Position numbers and translations under genes: made by a program. The notes under the pieces are model-generated. The model had not been told where the DNA came from. It saw nothing but the letters and a program-made list of their open reading frames with translations, and did not search any database. Positions 55,536 to 64,000 of a stretch of DNA of 64,000 nt are shown here, in pieces; positions within the stretch are counted from its first letter, which is position 1, and every line of letters begins with the position of its first letter. Source of the DNA: a virus. Taxonomy: Duplodnaviria > Caudoviricetes. The stretch is from the IMG/VR virus record IMGVR_UViG_3300035521_000139, positions 1-64,000 of that record; one strand, given 5' to 3'.

Positions 55536-56010
55536 TTTTAATTATTGCTTATTAATAATAGTATTAATTCCAATATGTCTTATTATAGGAGATTATTGTG
55601 GAAGAAAAGAAGCTTATAGTACTGCTGAAATTCTTTATGAAGAAAGGTCTGACTCTACTATTGGAGTTAGACCTTATTTCTTCATGAATACTCCTGAAGA
55701 AGGTTTAAAAGCTGCTTTAGATTATTATGAAGTAAGTAATACTGATATAGTATATGCTCAAGCTATACTTGAAACAGGTAATTTTACTTCAAAAATATGT
55801 AAAGAGTATAATAATCTATTTGGTTTATATGATAGTAAAAAGAAATGCTATCATAAATTTGATCATTGGTCTGAAAGTGTAAGAGCTTATAAGGATTATA
55901 TTCAAAATAAATATAATGGAAATCAAGATTATTATGATTTCTTATATCAAATAGGTTATGCTGAAGATAGTGAATATATACAAAAGTTAAAGAAATTATT
56001 AAATAAATAA
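55516..56010 (+). CDS. GH73 glucosaminidase-family protein with N-terminal TM
   Basis: AQAILETG, NNLFGL and GYAED..Y motifs. Confidence 0.85.
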   Translation: MSWIKNNFNYCLLIIVLIPICLIIGDYCGRKEAYSTAEILYEERSDSTIGVRPYFFMNTPEEGLKAALDYYEVSNTDIVYAQAILETGNFTSKICKEYNNLFGLYDSKKKCYHKFDHWSESVRAYKDYIQNKYNGNQDYYDFLYQIGYAEDSEYIQKLKKLLNK

Positions 56011-56011
56011 T

Positions 56012-57154
56012 ATGACAAGAGAAGAAATCCATGATTTAGCGTTATCTAATATAGATAACTCTAAATGTTTAATACTAGAATTAGCTACAGGTATGGGTAA
56101 AAGTAAAGTTGCTATTGACATTATTAATTATATTAATAATCAATATCAAAATAGTAATAATACTCTAAATGTTTTACTTATAGTAGCTAAAATAGTACAT
56201 AAACAAAATTGGAAAGATGAATTTGCTAAATGGAATCTTAATGAGAATATTAAAGTTACTATTGAATGTTATGAATCTTTAAAAAAATATGAAAATACTG
56301 AATTTGATATTGTGTGTTTGGATGAAGTACAGCATTTATCTTTACAACGAATGGAATATCTTCATCATATAAAAATAAATAGATGTTTATTGGGTCTTTC
56401 TGCTACTATTAAAAGAGATTTAAAAGATTATCTTAAATATGCTTATAATGCTAAATTCATTTCTTGTGGTATTAAAAATGCCATAGAAGATGAAGTATTA
56501 CCAGAACCTACAGTATATTTATTACCTTTACAATTAGATAAAGTAAATTGTAATTATAAAGTAGATAAATTTGGTAGCAAATACATGAGTACTCAGCAAG
56601 GTTATTATCATGCTATGTGCTCTACAATAGACTGGTATAAAAATAAATACTTTAGTAGTAGAAATCAAAGAATAAAAAATCTTTGGTTATCTAAAGCAGG
56701 AGAAAGACTTAAATGGTTATCTAATCAAAAAGAGTATATGGTTTTAAAATTACTAAGTTTATTTAGAAATTATAGAACTCTTACTTTTTGTTCTAGTATA
56801 GAACAATCGGAAAGATTAGGTAAATATAATATTAATTCAAAAAATAAAGCCTCTGTAGAGAATCTTAATTTATTTAATTCAGGTAAAATTAAACATATTA
56901 CATCAGTAAATATTCTTAATGAAGGAGTAAATCTCACTAATTGTAGAATAGGAATATTTTGTAATTTAAATAGTTCTGAAATAGTAGTAAAACAAAGATT
57001 AGGAAGACTATTAAGACATAAAAATCCTGTAATAATAGTTCCTTATTTTAAAGATACTAGAGAAGAAGAATTATTACCTAAATTACTTGAAGAGTACAAA
57101 AAAGAATCAATTAAAACAATTACAATAGATTATTTAATTAATAAAGGATTATGA
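56012..57154 (+). CDS. SF2 (DExH) helicase
   Basis: ATGMGKS, DEVQH, LSAT, EGVN and QRLGRLLR motifs. Confidence 0.9.
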   Translation: MTREEIHDLALSNIDNSKCLILELATGMGKSKVAIDIINYINNQYQNSNNTLNVLLIVAKIVHKQNWKDEFAKWNLNENIKVTIECYESLKKYENTEFDIVCLDEVQHLSLQRMEYLHHIKINRCLLGLSATIKRDLKDYLKYAYNAKFISCGIKNAIEDEVLPEPTVYLLPLQLDKVNCNYKVDKFGSKYMSTQQGYYHAMCSTIDWYKNKYFSSRNQRIKNLWLSKAGERLKWLSNQKEYMVLKLLSLFRNYRTLTFCSSIEQSERLGKYNINSKNKASVENLNLFNSGKIKHITSVNILNEGVNLTNCRIGIFCNLNSSEIVVKQRLGRLLRHKNPVIIVPYFKDTREEELLPKLLEEYKKESIKTITIDYLINKGL

Positions 57155-57561
57155 AAACTTATATTAAAATTAAGAACGAAAAGTTTATTAGAAATGGTAA
57201 CACTACAGTTTGTGTAATATCAGTAGTATTTAACGAAAAGCTTTATAGAATGTTAGGCAATGAAGCTTATGGTAAAGTACATAAGAAGTTCCCCGAAGCT
57301 ATGCGTGGTAGTATTTTAACATTCACAGGTAAAGCTAAAAGAATGGAAGGGGATAAAGACAATGAAGTTATTGCTAGGAGAGTAGCTCAATCAAGATGTA
57401 AAGCTAAAATCTATAAATACTTTAAGAATCTTTATACCTGTGCTATTAATGCTCAAAATGAGTGTAATAAAAGTTTAGAAAATCTACAACTTGCTTGTAA
57501 TTATGCTCAAACTACTGAAGAAGATAGAGTAGTCTATAATCTACAACAATTTAATGATTAA
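57151..57561 (+). CDS. Hypothetical phage protein
   Basis: TTVC...GKAK...D......RRVA motif. Confidence 0.6.
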   Translation: MKTYIKIKNEKFIRNGNTTVCVISVVFNEKLYRMLGNEAYGKVHKKFPEAMRGSILTFTGKAKRMEGDKDNEVIARRVAQSRCKAKIYKYFKNLYTCAINAQNECNKSLENLQLACNYAQTTEEDRVVYNLQQFND

Positions 57562-57568
57562 AAATTAA

Positions 57569-58174
57569 ATGAATAATACTATCTGTCTTAACAGAAAAGC
57601 TATTGAAGCATTAGGAGGGACTATTGAAATAGCCCTCCTTTTGCTTATAATAAACAATAAAATTGATTTACAAGAAACTATAAATAAAGCCTTAAAAGAA
57701 GGATATATAGGAAATATTTATGATCAAGGAGACCTTACTGGAGAATATTTTATTTCTGATAAAGGAATAGAATTTCTAAATTCTTCAATAATAGATTCTG
57801 ATAAATATGTAGAGCCTACGGATTCTTTAGAACCTCTTGCTAGAGAATTAAAGAAAATATATCCTAAAGGTAAGAAAGATGGTACTAACTATTATTGGGC
57901 AGAAGGAGTTGCACTTATAATAAGAAGATTAAAGCTATTCTTTAAAAAATATGGAGATAATTACTCTCACAAACAAATACTTACTGCAACTAAAAAGTAT
58001 ATAGAAAGTTTTAATGGGCAATATCAATATATGAAATTGCTTAAATATTTTATACTTAAAGAAAAAATAGGAGCAGCAGGAGATTTAGAGAGTGAATCTG
58101 AACTTGTAAATTATATAGAAAATGCAGGTCAAGAGGATGAACTTAAAAATGATTGGACTTCAACATTAAAATAA
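57569..58174 (+). CDS. Putative replication initiator / helicase loader-like protein
   Basis: Directly upstream of the DnaB-like gene; IYPKG and LLKYFI motifs. Role inferred from context. Confidence 0.45.
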   Translation: MNNTICLNRKAIEALGGTIEIALLLLIINNKIDLQETINKALKEGYIGNIYDQGDLTGEYFISDKGIEFLNSSIIDSDKYVEPTDSLEPLARELKKIYPKGKKDGTNYYWAEGVALIIRRLKLFFKKYGDNYSHKQILTATKKYIESFNGQYQYMKLLKYFILKEKIGAAGDLESESELVNYIENAGQEDELKNDWTSTLK

Positions 58175-58175
58175 T

Positions 58176-59396
58176 ATGGAATTACGTGAAAGAGTACTTC
58201 AGAATCTAGAAGAAAGAAGAGAAAGACTTCTTAATGGAGAAGTTAATTGTATTCCTTCTCCTTTTAAAAGATTTAGTAATGATTTTATAGGAATAGAACG
58301 AGGATGCTATTATTGTGTTACTTCTTTTACTAAAGGAGGTAAATCACAATTTACTTCTTATACTTTTATATATAAACCTTTAATGTATTGTTATTATACT
58401 AAAGCTAATATAGATATAAAGATATTATATTTTCCTTTGGAAGAAACTCCTGAAAGAATCTTAGAAAGATTTATTTCTTGGTTATTATTTGATTTTAGTA
58501 AAGGAGAAGTAAGAATTTGCCCTAGAGATCTAAGAAGCACTACTTCCCCGGTAAATCAAGAAATATTAGATATAATTAAGACTGAAGAAATTCAAGACAT
58601 TATTAAATATTTTGAAGAGCATGTTATATTTCCTGGAGATGCGGGTAATCCAACAGGAATTTATAAATGTTGTGTTAAATATGCAGAAGATAATGGAACT
58701 ACTTATTATAAGAAAGGTAAATATAAAGATGAACTAGGTATCACTAGAGAAAGAGATGTGTTTGATAGGTATGAACAAAATAATTCTAATGAATATAGAC
58801 TTATAATCATTGATACTATTAATCTTATAGATACAGAAAAAGGAATGACTCTTAAACAATCTATGGATAAACTTAGTGAATATTTAGCTAAGTATCTTAG
58901 AAATAGATATAAGTTTAGTCCTATAGTAATTCAACAACAAAGTTTTGAATCAGAAGGAAATGAAGCTTTTAAATTAGGAAAAGTTAGACCTTCAGTTGCA
59001 GGTTTAGGTGATAGTAAATATACTAGCAGAGATGCAAATGTAGTATTAGGATTATTTTCACCTTTTAGATTTGGATTAAGAGAATATGAAGGATATGATA
59101 TAACTATATTTAAAGATAATATTAGATTTCTTGAAGTTATAGTTAATAGAGATGGTGAAATGGGAGGATTATGTCCTATTTTCTTTGATGGTGCTGTTTG
59201 TGATTTTAGAGAATTACCCTTACCAGCAGAATTAGTTAAACTACAAAAAGTTTATTCCCATATTCAAAAAATGAGACATAAACAAGTAGGTAAATTGTTT
59301 TTTACATATAGTATAAGTAATTTAGAAAAGAGTTTGCATAAATTAAAATCATTTTCTATTTTTGCAGCTCTTTTTGGTTTTAAATCAAAAAATTAA
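58176..59396 (+). CDS. DnaB-like replicative helicase
   Basis: TKGGKS P-loop, FPLEE, IIIDTI, QQQ, DANVVLGL and VNRDG motifs. Confidence 0.8.
   Translation: MELRERVLQNLEERRERLLNGEVNCIPSPFKRFSNDFIGIERGCYYCVTSFTKGGKSQFTSYTFIYKPLMYCYYTKANIDIKILYFPLEETPERILERFISWLLFDFSKGEVRICPRDLRSTTSPVNQEILDIIKTEEIQDIIKYFEEHVIFPGDAGNPTGIYKCCVKYAEDNGTTYYKKGKYKDELGITRERDVFDRYEQNNSNEYRLIIIDTINLIDTEKGMTLKQSMDKLSEYLAKYLRNRYKFSPIVIQQQSFESEGNEAFKLGKVRPSVAGLGDSKYTSRDANVVLGLFSPFRFGLREYEGYDITIFKDNIRFLEVIVNRDGEMGGLCPIFFDGAVCDFRELPLPAELVKLQKVYSHIQKMRHKQVGKLFFTYSISNLEKSLHKLKSFSIFAALFGFKSKN
59333..59364 (+). promoter_or_regulatory. Sigma-A-type promoter inside the 3' end of the helicase gene
   Basis: TTTG-N20-TATTTTTG upstream of the AAA ATPase. 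Confidence 0.6.
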
Positions 59397-59404
59397 TATT
59401 AAAA

Positions 59405-60085
59405 ATGGCAAATTGTATTATTATTTTAGGTGCCAGTGGCACAGGTAAATCAACCAGTATTAAAGGATTAAATCCTGAAGAAACAATAGTATTTAACACT
59501 TTAAAGAAGAGACTTCCATTTAAAGGAAGTAAGAGTCTTTACAATAAGGATAATAAGAATATGTTTGAAATTACAGATTATGATAAAGTAATTACATATC
59601 TTAAAGGTATTGATACTAATTGCCCTAATGTTAAAAACGTAGTATTAGATGATGCTATATATGTAATGAGAAAAGAATATTTTGATAGAGCTAAAGAAAG
59701 TGGTTTTGGTAAATATACCGATTTAGCAGTTCATTTTCAAAAGATTATTAAGACTTGTGAAGAACTTAGAGAAGATTTAAATGTTTTCTTGATGCTTCAT
59801 AGTGAGCCTGTAATGAGTGATAATACTATTAATACTTATAAAGTAGCTACTGTAGGTAAATTATTGGATAATCAATATAACCCTGTAGAGATTGTTCCTA
59901 TGGTTCTTTTTAGTGGAATTCAATTTAAGGAGAATAAACCTGTTTATGGTTTTTATACACATGCTGTAATAGATAAAGGAGCCTTAATTCCTGCTAAAAC
60001 ACCTGATGGAATGTTTGAAGAAGATTTTATTGAAAATAATTTAGGTACTGTAGTGACAGCTATGAATGATTATTATAATGGATAG
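59405..60085 (+). CDS. AAA_24 / Sak4-like ATPase
   Basis: GASGTGKS, VVLDD, MLHSE and AKTP motifs. Confidence 0.8.
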   Translation: MANCIIILGASGTGKSTSIKGLNPEETIVFNTLKKRLPFKGSKSLYNKDNKNMFEITDYDKVITYLKGIDTNCPNVKNVVLDDAIYVMRKEYFDRAKESGFGKYTDLAVHFQKIIKTCEELREDLNVFLMLHSEPVMSDNTINTYKVATVGKLLDNQYNPVEIVPMVLFSGIQFKENKPVYGFYTHAVIDKGALIPAKTPDGMFEEDFIENNLGTVVTAMNDYYNG

Positions 60086-60353
60086 ATTAATATTTGTAAA
60101 TTATCTTAATAGTAATTGGAATCACACGGAATTTAATTTAAAACTGGTAAAAGATTATTGCTTAGAAAAAGGTAAAAAGGTTGAGGATACTATGTTATTA
60201 ATTAAAATATTGGAACAAGTACCTATTATAGCCAGATACTATGTTGAAATAGCAAAAGAATATTATATGAAAAAATATGCAATAATCACTGTATCTACTA
60301 TAGAATATAATCAATTTAACGAACCAATAAAAAAAATATTATTATATTATTAA
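60066..60353 (+). CDS. Hypothetical protein
   Basis: DYCLEKGK motif; probable start MDRL. Confidence 0.55.
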   Translation: MIIIMDRLIFVNYLNSNWNHTEFNLKLVKDYCLEKGKKVEDTMLLIKILEQVPIIARYYVEIAKEYYMKKYAIITVSTIEYNQFNEPIKKILLYY

Positions 60354-60373
60354 TTATTTAAAACGAATAAATT

Positions 60374-60811
60374 ATGGAAAAGAAATTTTCAAAGTTTGAA
60401 TTGGCAACAATTAAGAGAACTGCAATGAATGTAAACCCAATGGTTACAAAAAAGAATAAACTTAAAGCAAAGATTGCAGAACTTAATGAAGAATATTCTC
60501 AATTGGAGCTAATGCAGGAACAATATGAATCTTCTATTAGAACTCTTACCGGGGGATATTCTACAGAAGATTTAGTTGATAAGGTAGTAGAACCTACTAA
60601 TTCAGTAGATAAAAATGGAAATGTAATTAAAATCACAAAATATGTATTTAAGTATCCTGATACTATTATTCCTCCTGTAGAAAATGAAAAAGAAGATTCT
60701 ACAGAATATTATAATGTTATCAAAGAACATGAAGTAGAAGAGGGTATTGAAAATAACGAAAATACAGAGTCTGAAAATTCAGAAGAAAATCAAGAAACAG
60801 TAAATTTCTAA
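60374..60811 (+). CDS. Coiled-coil hypothetical protein
   Basis: 145 aa, acidic tail. Confidence 0.6.
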   Translation: MEKKFSKFELATIKRTAMNVNPMVTKKNKLKAKIAELNEEYSQLELMQEQYESSIRTLTGGYSTEDLVDKVVEPTNSVDKNGNVIKITKYVFKYPDTIIPPVENEKEDSTEYYNVIKEHEVEEGIENNENTESENSEENQETVNF

Positions 60812-60864
60812 TTAAGTGAATTAAATATAAATTAAATTGAATAATAAATTAAAGAGTAAAAATT

Positions 60865-61734
60865 ATGGCATTTGCAAGTGGTAAACAAACAGCAGATTCA
60901 GCTCCTATTAAGAGATATATTGGAGTAGCATCATCTTTCGTATTAGCAGTTAATCCTAATAAAGCTAAATTATCGGAAATCTATGGTAGAGATATTACTG
61001 AAGAGCCTACTTATATAGGAAAGGATACTACTCTTAATGTAGATAATATTAGAATAGATTTTATTCTAAAGACAGATCCTAAAAGTAACAATGGTATTGA
61101 GACTATTTCTAAGCTTTCTTATTATCTTTCTAATTCAGTAAGATATAATAGAGATAAAACTAAAGTACAAGTAATTGATAAATATGGTAGAACTGCTTGG
61201 GCTACTATTGAAGAAGCTAAGAATCACACTGTTCCTCAATATTCCAAGGGTCCTGCTAATATTGATTCAGAGTTTAGACCTGCATTTGTAGGAGAAGAAA
61301 ACCTTGTAAATTTTCTTATTAATTATCTTGGTATTCCCTCTACTGTTAAGCGTAATAGCGATAATTCCTATAGTCCTAAAACAGGTGCTGAATTAGCTGA
61401 GTGTGAGGCTGGTTTGGAGAATATTTCAGAGTATTTTAAAGGAAATATACAAGAACTTGTAGATATTGTTAATCTTCAACCTAATAATAAAGCGCAATTT
61501 CTTTATGGTGTTAAAACTACTGAAAAGGGACAATATCAAGATGTATTTAAAGAAATGGTATTAAAAAACAATGTTTATGATTGGAGTAAACTTACTGCTG
61601 CTCTTGAAGAAAGAAAAGCAGCAGGTGCTTATCCTAACACTGTATTTGATATTTGCTCTCTAAAGGAGTATGAGGTAGAAGCTGATACTTTTGAAAATCC
61701 TCCTTTGACAGCACACGATGATCTGCCTTGGTAA
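60865..61734 (+). CDS. Putative ssDNA-binding protein
   Basis: Ends in an SSB-like DDLPW tail; lies between the Sak4-like ATPase and primase. Confidence 0.6.
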   Translation: MAFASGKQTADSAPIKRYIGVASSFVLAVNPNKAKLSEIYGRDITEEPTYIGKDTTLNVDNIRIDFILKTDPKSNNGIETISKLSYYLSNSVRYNRDKTKVQVIDKYGRTAWATIEEAKNHTVPQYSKGPANIDSEFRPAFVGEENLVNFLINYLGIPSTVKRNSDNSYSPKTGAELAECEAGLENISEYFKGNIQELVDIVNLQPNNKAQFLYGVKTTEKGQYQDVFKEMVLKNNVYDWSKLTAALEERKAAGAYPNTVFDICSLKEYEVEADTFENPPLTAHDDLPW

Positions 61735-61764
61735 AAAAAATTAAATATATAAAATAATCTAATT

Positions 61765-62772
61765 ATGGCATTTAGTACAGGATCTAGAACTACTAGAGTA
61801 GATGAGATTCTTACTCAAGTAACTGAAATTGATATATTATCATATTATTTAAATGTGAAAGAGGTACCATGTGTTATTAATAGCCCTATAAGAGAGGATA
61901 AAAACCCCTCTCTTGGGCTTTATAGTACAGATGGTACTAAGATCCATTATATTGATTTCTCTACTGGAGAATCTGGAGGAACATTTGATTTATTGAGTAA
62001 GATGTGGGGAATGAAGTTCAAAGATGTATTGCTTCATATTGAAAAGGATTTATGTCATTTTACTGTTAATAATAATATTAGAAAAAGTAATCCTTGTCTT
62101 GTAAGAAATATAAGTAATTATAAAAATGAATCTAAATTACTTTGTAAAACAAGAGATTGGGAGACTTACGATATTATTTATTGGGAGCAATTTGGCATTA
62201 CTTTACAATGGCTTAAATATGCAGAAGTATATCCTATAAGTCATAAAATAATAATAAAAAGAGGTAATAAATTTGTACTAGGTGCTGATAAATATGCTTA
62301 TGTCTTTGTCGAGCATAAAGAAGATAAAGTTACTTTAAAAATATATCAGCCTTTTAACTCAAAAGGTTTTAAATGGTGTAATTCTCATGATAAATCTGTA
62401 ATTGGCTTATGGACTAAAGTACCTAAAAATGGAGATAATATATGTATATGCTCTTCATTAAAAGATGCTTTATGTCTATGGGCTAATACAGGTATTCCTT
62501 CAGTATATATACAAGGAGAAGGATATAAAATCAGTAATACTGCAATTACTGAATTAAAAAAAAGGTTTAAAACAATTTTTATATGTCTAGATAATGATAA
62601 ACCTGGTTTAATAGATGCTGAAAGATTGGCAAAAGAAACTGGATTTATCAATGTGGTATTACCACAATTTGAAGGAGGAAAAGATATTGCAGAGTATTTT
62701 GTATTTCTTCAAAATAAAGAGAAGTTTAAAACTAATTTAATTAATTTATTTAACAATCATTTAATAATTTAA
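61765..62772 (+). CDS. DNA primase (DnaG-like, TOPRIM)
   Basis: SPIREDKNPS...DFS.G..G N-domain; SSLKD, CLDNDKPG and KDIAE motifs. Confidence 0.85.
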   Translation: MAFSTGSRTTRVDEILTQVTEIDILSYYLNVKEVPCVINSPIREDKNPSLGLYSTDGTKIHYIDFSTGESGGTFDLLSKMWGMKFKDVLLHIEKDLCHFTVNNNIRKSNPCLVRNISNYKNESKLLCKTRDWETYDIIYWEQFGITLQWLKYAEVYPISHKIIIKRGNKFVLGADKYAYVFVEHKEDKVTLKIYQPFNSKGFKWCNSHDKSVIGLWTKVPKNGDNICICSSLKDALCLWANTGIPSVYIQGEGYKISNTAITELKKRFKTIFICLDNDKPGLIDAERLAKETGFINVVLPQFEGGKDIAEYFVFLQNKEKFKTNLINLFNNHLII

Positions 62773-62777
62773 AAAAA

Positions 62778-63527
62778 ATGGAATCACGTAAAATTACTGT
62801 AGTTTCATCAGCTACGCAATCTACAAAAGTTATTATGTCTTCAGCTACTACTCTGAGAGAATTGAAAGCAGATTTAGATGCTAATAATATTAGTTATGTT
62901 AATATGGCATTTTATGAGGGAACTGCAAGAGTAGAGCTTAAAACAGATGATTCAATATTGCCTCACGATGTTCCTTATAAAGGAACTATTACTAATGAAC
63001 TGGTAATTATGCTATCATTACAAAAGAAGAAAATTAAATCAGGAGCTTATACTAGAGCAGATCTTTATTCTTTGATTAAAAAGTATCGTCTTCAAGATAA
63101 ATGTATTTCTACTTTTAATAGAAATTATACACAATGTAAAACTGAAGATCTTAATAAGATTGTAACTAGTTATATTAATAGTATTACTCCTTGTGCGGCT
63201 AACCCAATTGCCAGTAAGAAAGAAGAAGTTAAAGAAACTTCTAATGTAGAAAATAAGAGTATTGAAACTAATTGCAAGCTGAAAGAAGAAATAGAGCTTA
63301 AAAATATTCGTAAAGATATTTTAAATATCAAGCAAGCTATTAATATTATAGCAAATGCACTTGAGGATGTTGAAGGTATTGAATACGTTTATGATGATGT
63401 CATGGAAGTTCTTGAAAGAGATGTAACTTCTATTGAAAGAAAAGATGTTGAAATAAAAAAGAATCCTGTTCTCGAATCTCCATATTCAAAAGAGGATATT
63501 GATGATATGCTAAAAGACTTGATTTAA
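62778..63527 (+). CDS. Protein with putative N-terminal ubiquitin-like domain ending KKIKSG
   Basis: beta-beta-alpha(TTLRELKADL)-beta pattern over about 90 aa, then a low-complexity/helical extension. Confidence 0.55.
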   Translation: MESRKITVVSSATQSTKVIMSSATTLRELKADLDANNISYVNMAFYEGTARVELKTDDSILPHDVPYKGTITNELVIMLSLQKKKIKSGAYTRADLYSLIKKYRLQDKCISTFNRNYTQCKTEDLNKIVTSYINSITPCAANPIASKKEEVKETSNVENKSIETNCKLKEEIELKNIRKDILNIKQAINIIANALEDVEGIEYVYDDVMEVLERDVTSIERKDVEIKKNPVLESPYSKEDIDDMLKDLI

Positions 63528-63543
63528 GGTTAATATATATTTT

Positions 63544-63574
63544 AAGGTAAGAGTATTATTACTCTTACCTTTTT
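63544..63574 (+). terminator. Intrinsic terminator
   Basis: AAGGTAAGAGTA...TACTCTTACCTT plus T-run. Confidence 0.75.
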
Positions 63575-63617
63575 ATTCTAGTATTATTTAAGCTTTGTTA
63601 TTTAAACATTATTAGAT

Positions 63618-64000
63618 ATGCAACTAAAATGCCCTATTTTATCTCCTGAATTAGATTCTGAAATAGAGAAACTATACAATAAAATTATAGAAGGTCCTTT
63701 AAAAGTATATGAAATATTTAAAGAATTTTATGGAGAAAACTTCGTAGATTTTCAAGGAGCAAAAACACTGGAAGATTTTAAACTTTACTTAGTAAAATCT
63801 GTTTTATATGTGCTTAAACATGAAATAACAGTAGATCCTTGTGATAAAGAGTATATACAATATGAGGATTCTACTGAAACAATAATAGAATCTTTAAATA
63901 AATTCAATACTTATAATACAATTACCAATAACACTATAGGAAATTCTTATATATTAGTTTATTTCCCAAAAGTAAGAGTTACTAATGAATATGATCATTT
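63618..64000 (+). CDS. Partial CDS (runs off the window), possible E2-like partner of the Ubl gene
   Basis: Hand-translated MQLKCPIL...FYGENFVDFQG...ILVYFPKVRVTNEYDH. The function is a guess. Confidence 0.5.
   Translation, partial: MQLKCPILSPELDSEIEKLYNKIIEGPLKVYEIFKEFYGENFVDFQGAKTLEDFKLYLVKSVLYVLKHEITVDPCDKEYIQYEDSTETIIESLNKFNTYNTITNNTIGNSYILVYFPKVRVTNEYDH

Noticed and set aside
823-62651. Short antisense or alternate-frame ORFs in the track (e.g. 823, 3932, 4461, 7408, 10741, 14178, 24558, 29098, 32926, 47413, 62385)
   Set aside because: Shadow ORFs overlapping well-supported genes, with no motifs or initiation context.
1-64000. Stop-codon reassignment (TAG/TGA), known in some crAss-like phages
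   Set aside because: Long genes are intact in code 11 and no suppressor tRNA is present. Fragmentation is explained by introns or the G7 tract. Reading through the TAG at 12979 hits TAA within 16 codons.

Overview
A 64-kb, very AT-rich segment of a crAss-like phage (Crassvirales) infecting Bacteroidota. Gene order and my recollection of the protein sequences resemble PhicrAss001 (Steigviridae, former beta group). The left ~47 kb is transcribed on the minus strand. Reading from the right it holds a tRNA cluster, GroES-like and HU-like genes, an intein-containing terminase, portal, fibre genes (one with a CotH-like kinase and CBM modules), lysis genes, an uncharacterised accessory module, a scaffold-like protein, the major capsid protein, ring/hub/muzzle tail proteins and cargo (ejection) proteins. 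The right ~17 kb is on the plus strand: small early genes, then replication genes (SF2 helicase, DnaB-like helicase, AAA ATPase, SSB-like protein, primase) and a ubiquitin-like protein. The ORF track misses several things. (1) The capsid gene is split into 5 exons by four group I introns, one carrying an HNH endonuclease; splicing gives a clean 503-aa MCP. (2) A fifth group I intron of a different subtype sits in a glycine-zipper accessory gene. (3) The terminase Walker A motif holds an Ala1/WCT class 3 intein. (4) A structural-region gene is broken at a G7 tract. (5) Ten host-type promoters share an exact 20-nt spacer. (6) A promoter-driven, GC-rich candidate ncRNA lies at the strand switch. 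(7) Most intriguing is a recurring intergenic element: a segment antisense to a Bacteroidota-style translation initiation region (TIR) followed by a terminator-like hairpin, three of them capped by a GUGA tetraloop. These are candidate phage-encoded antisense sRNAs. Genes read intact in genetic code 11, with no sign of stop-codon recoding. Protein names come from motif recognition and synteny, not database searches.
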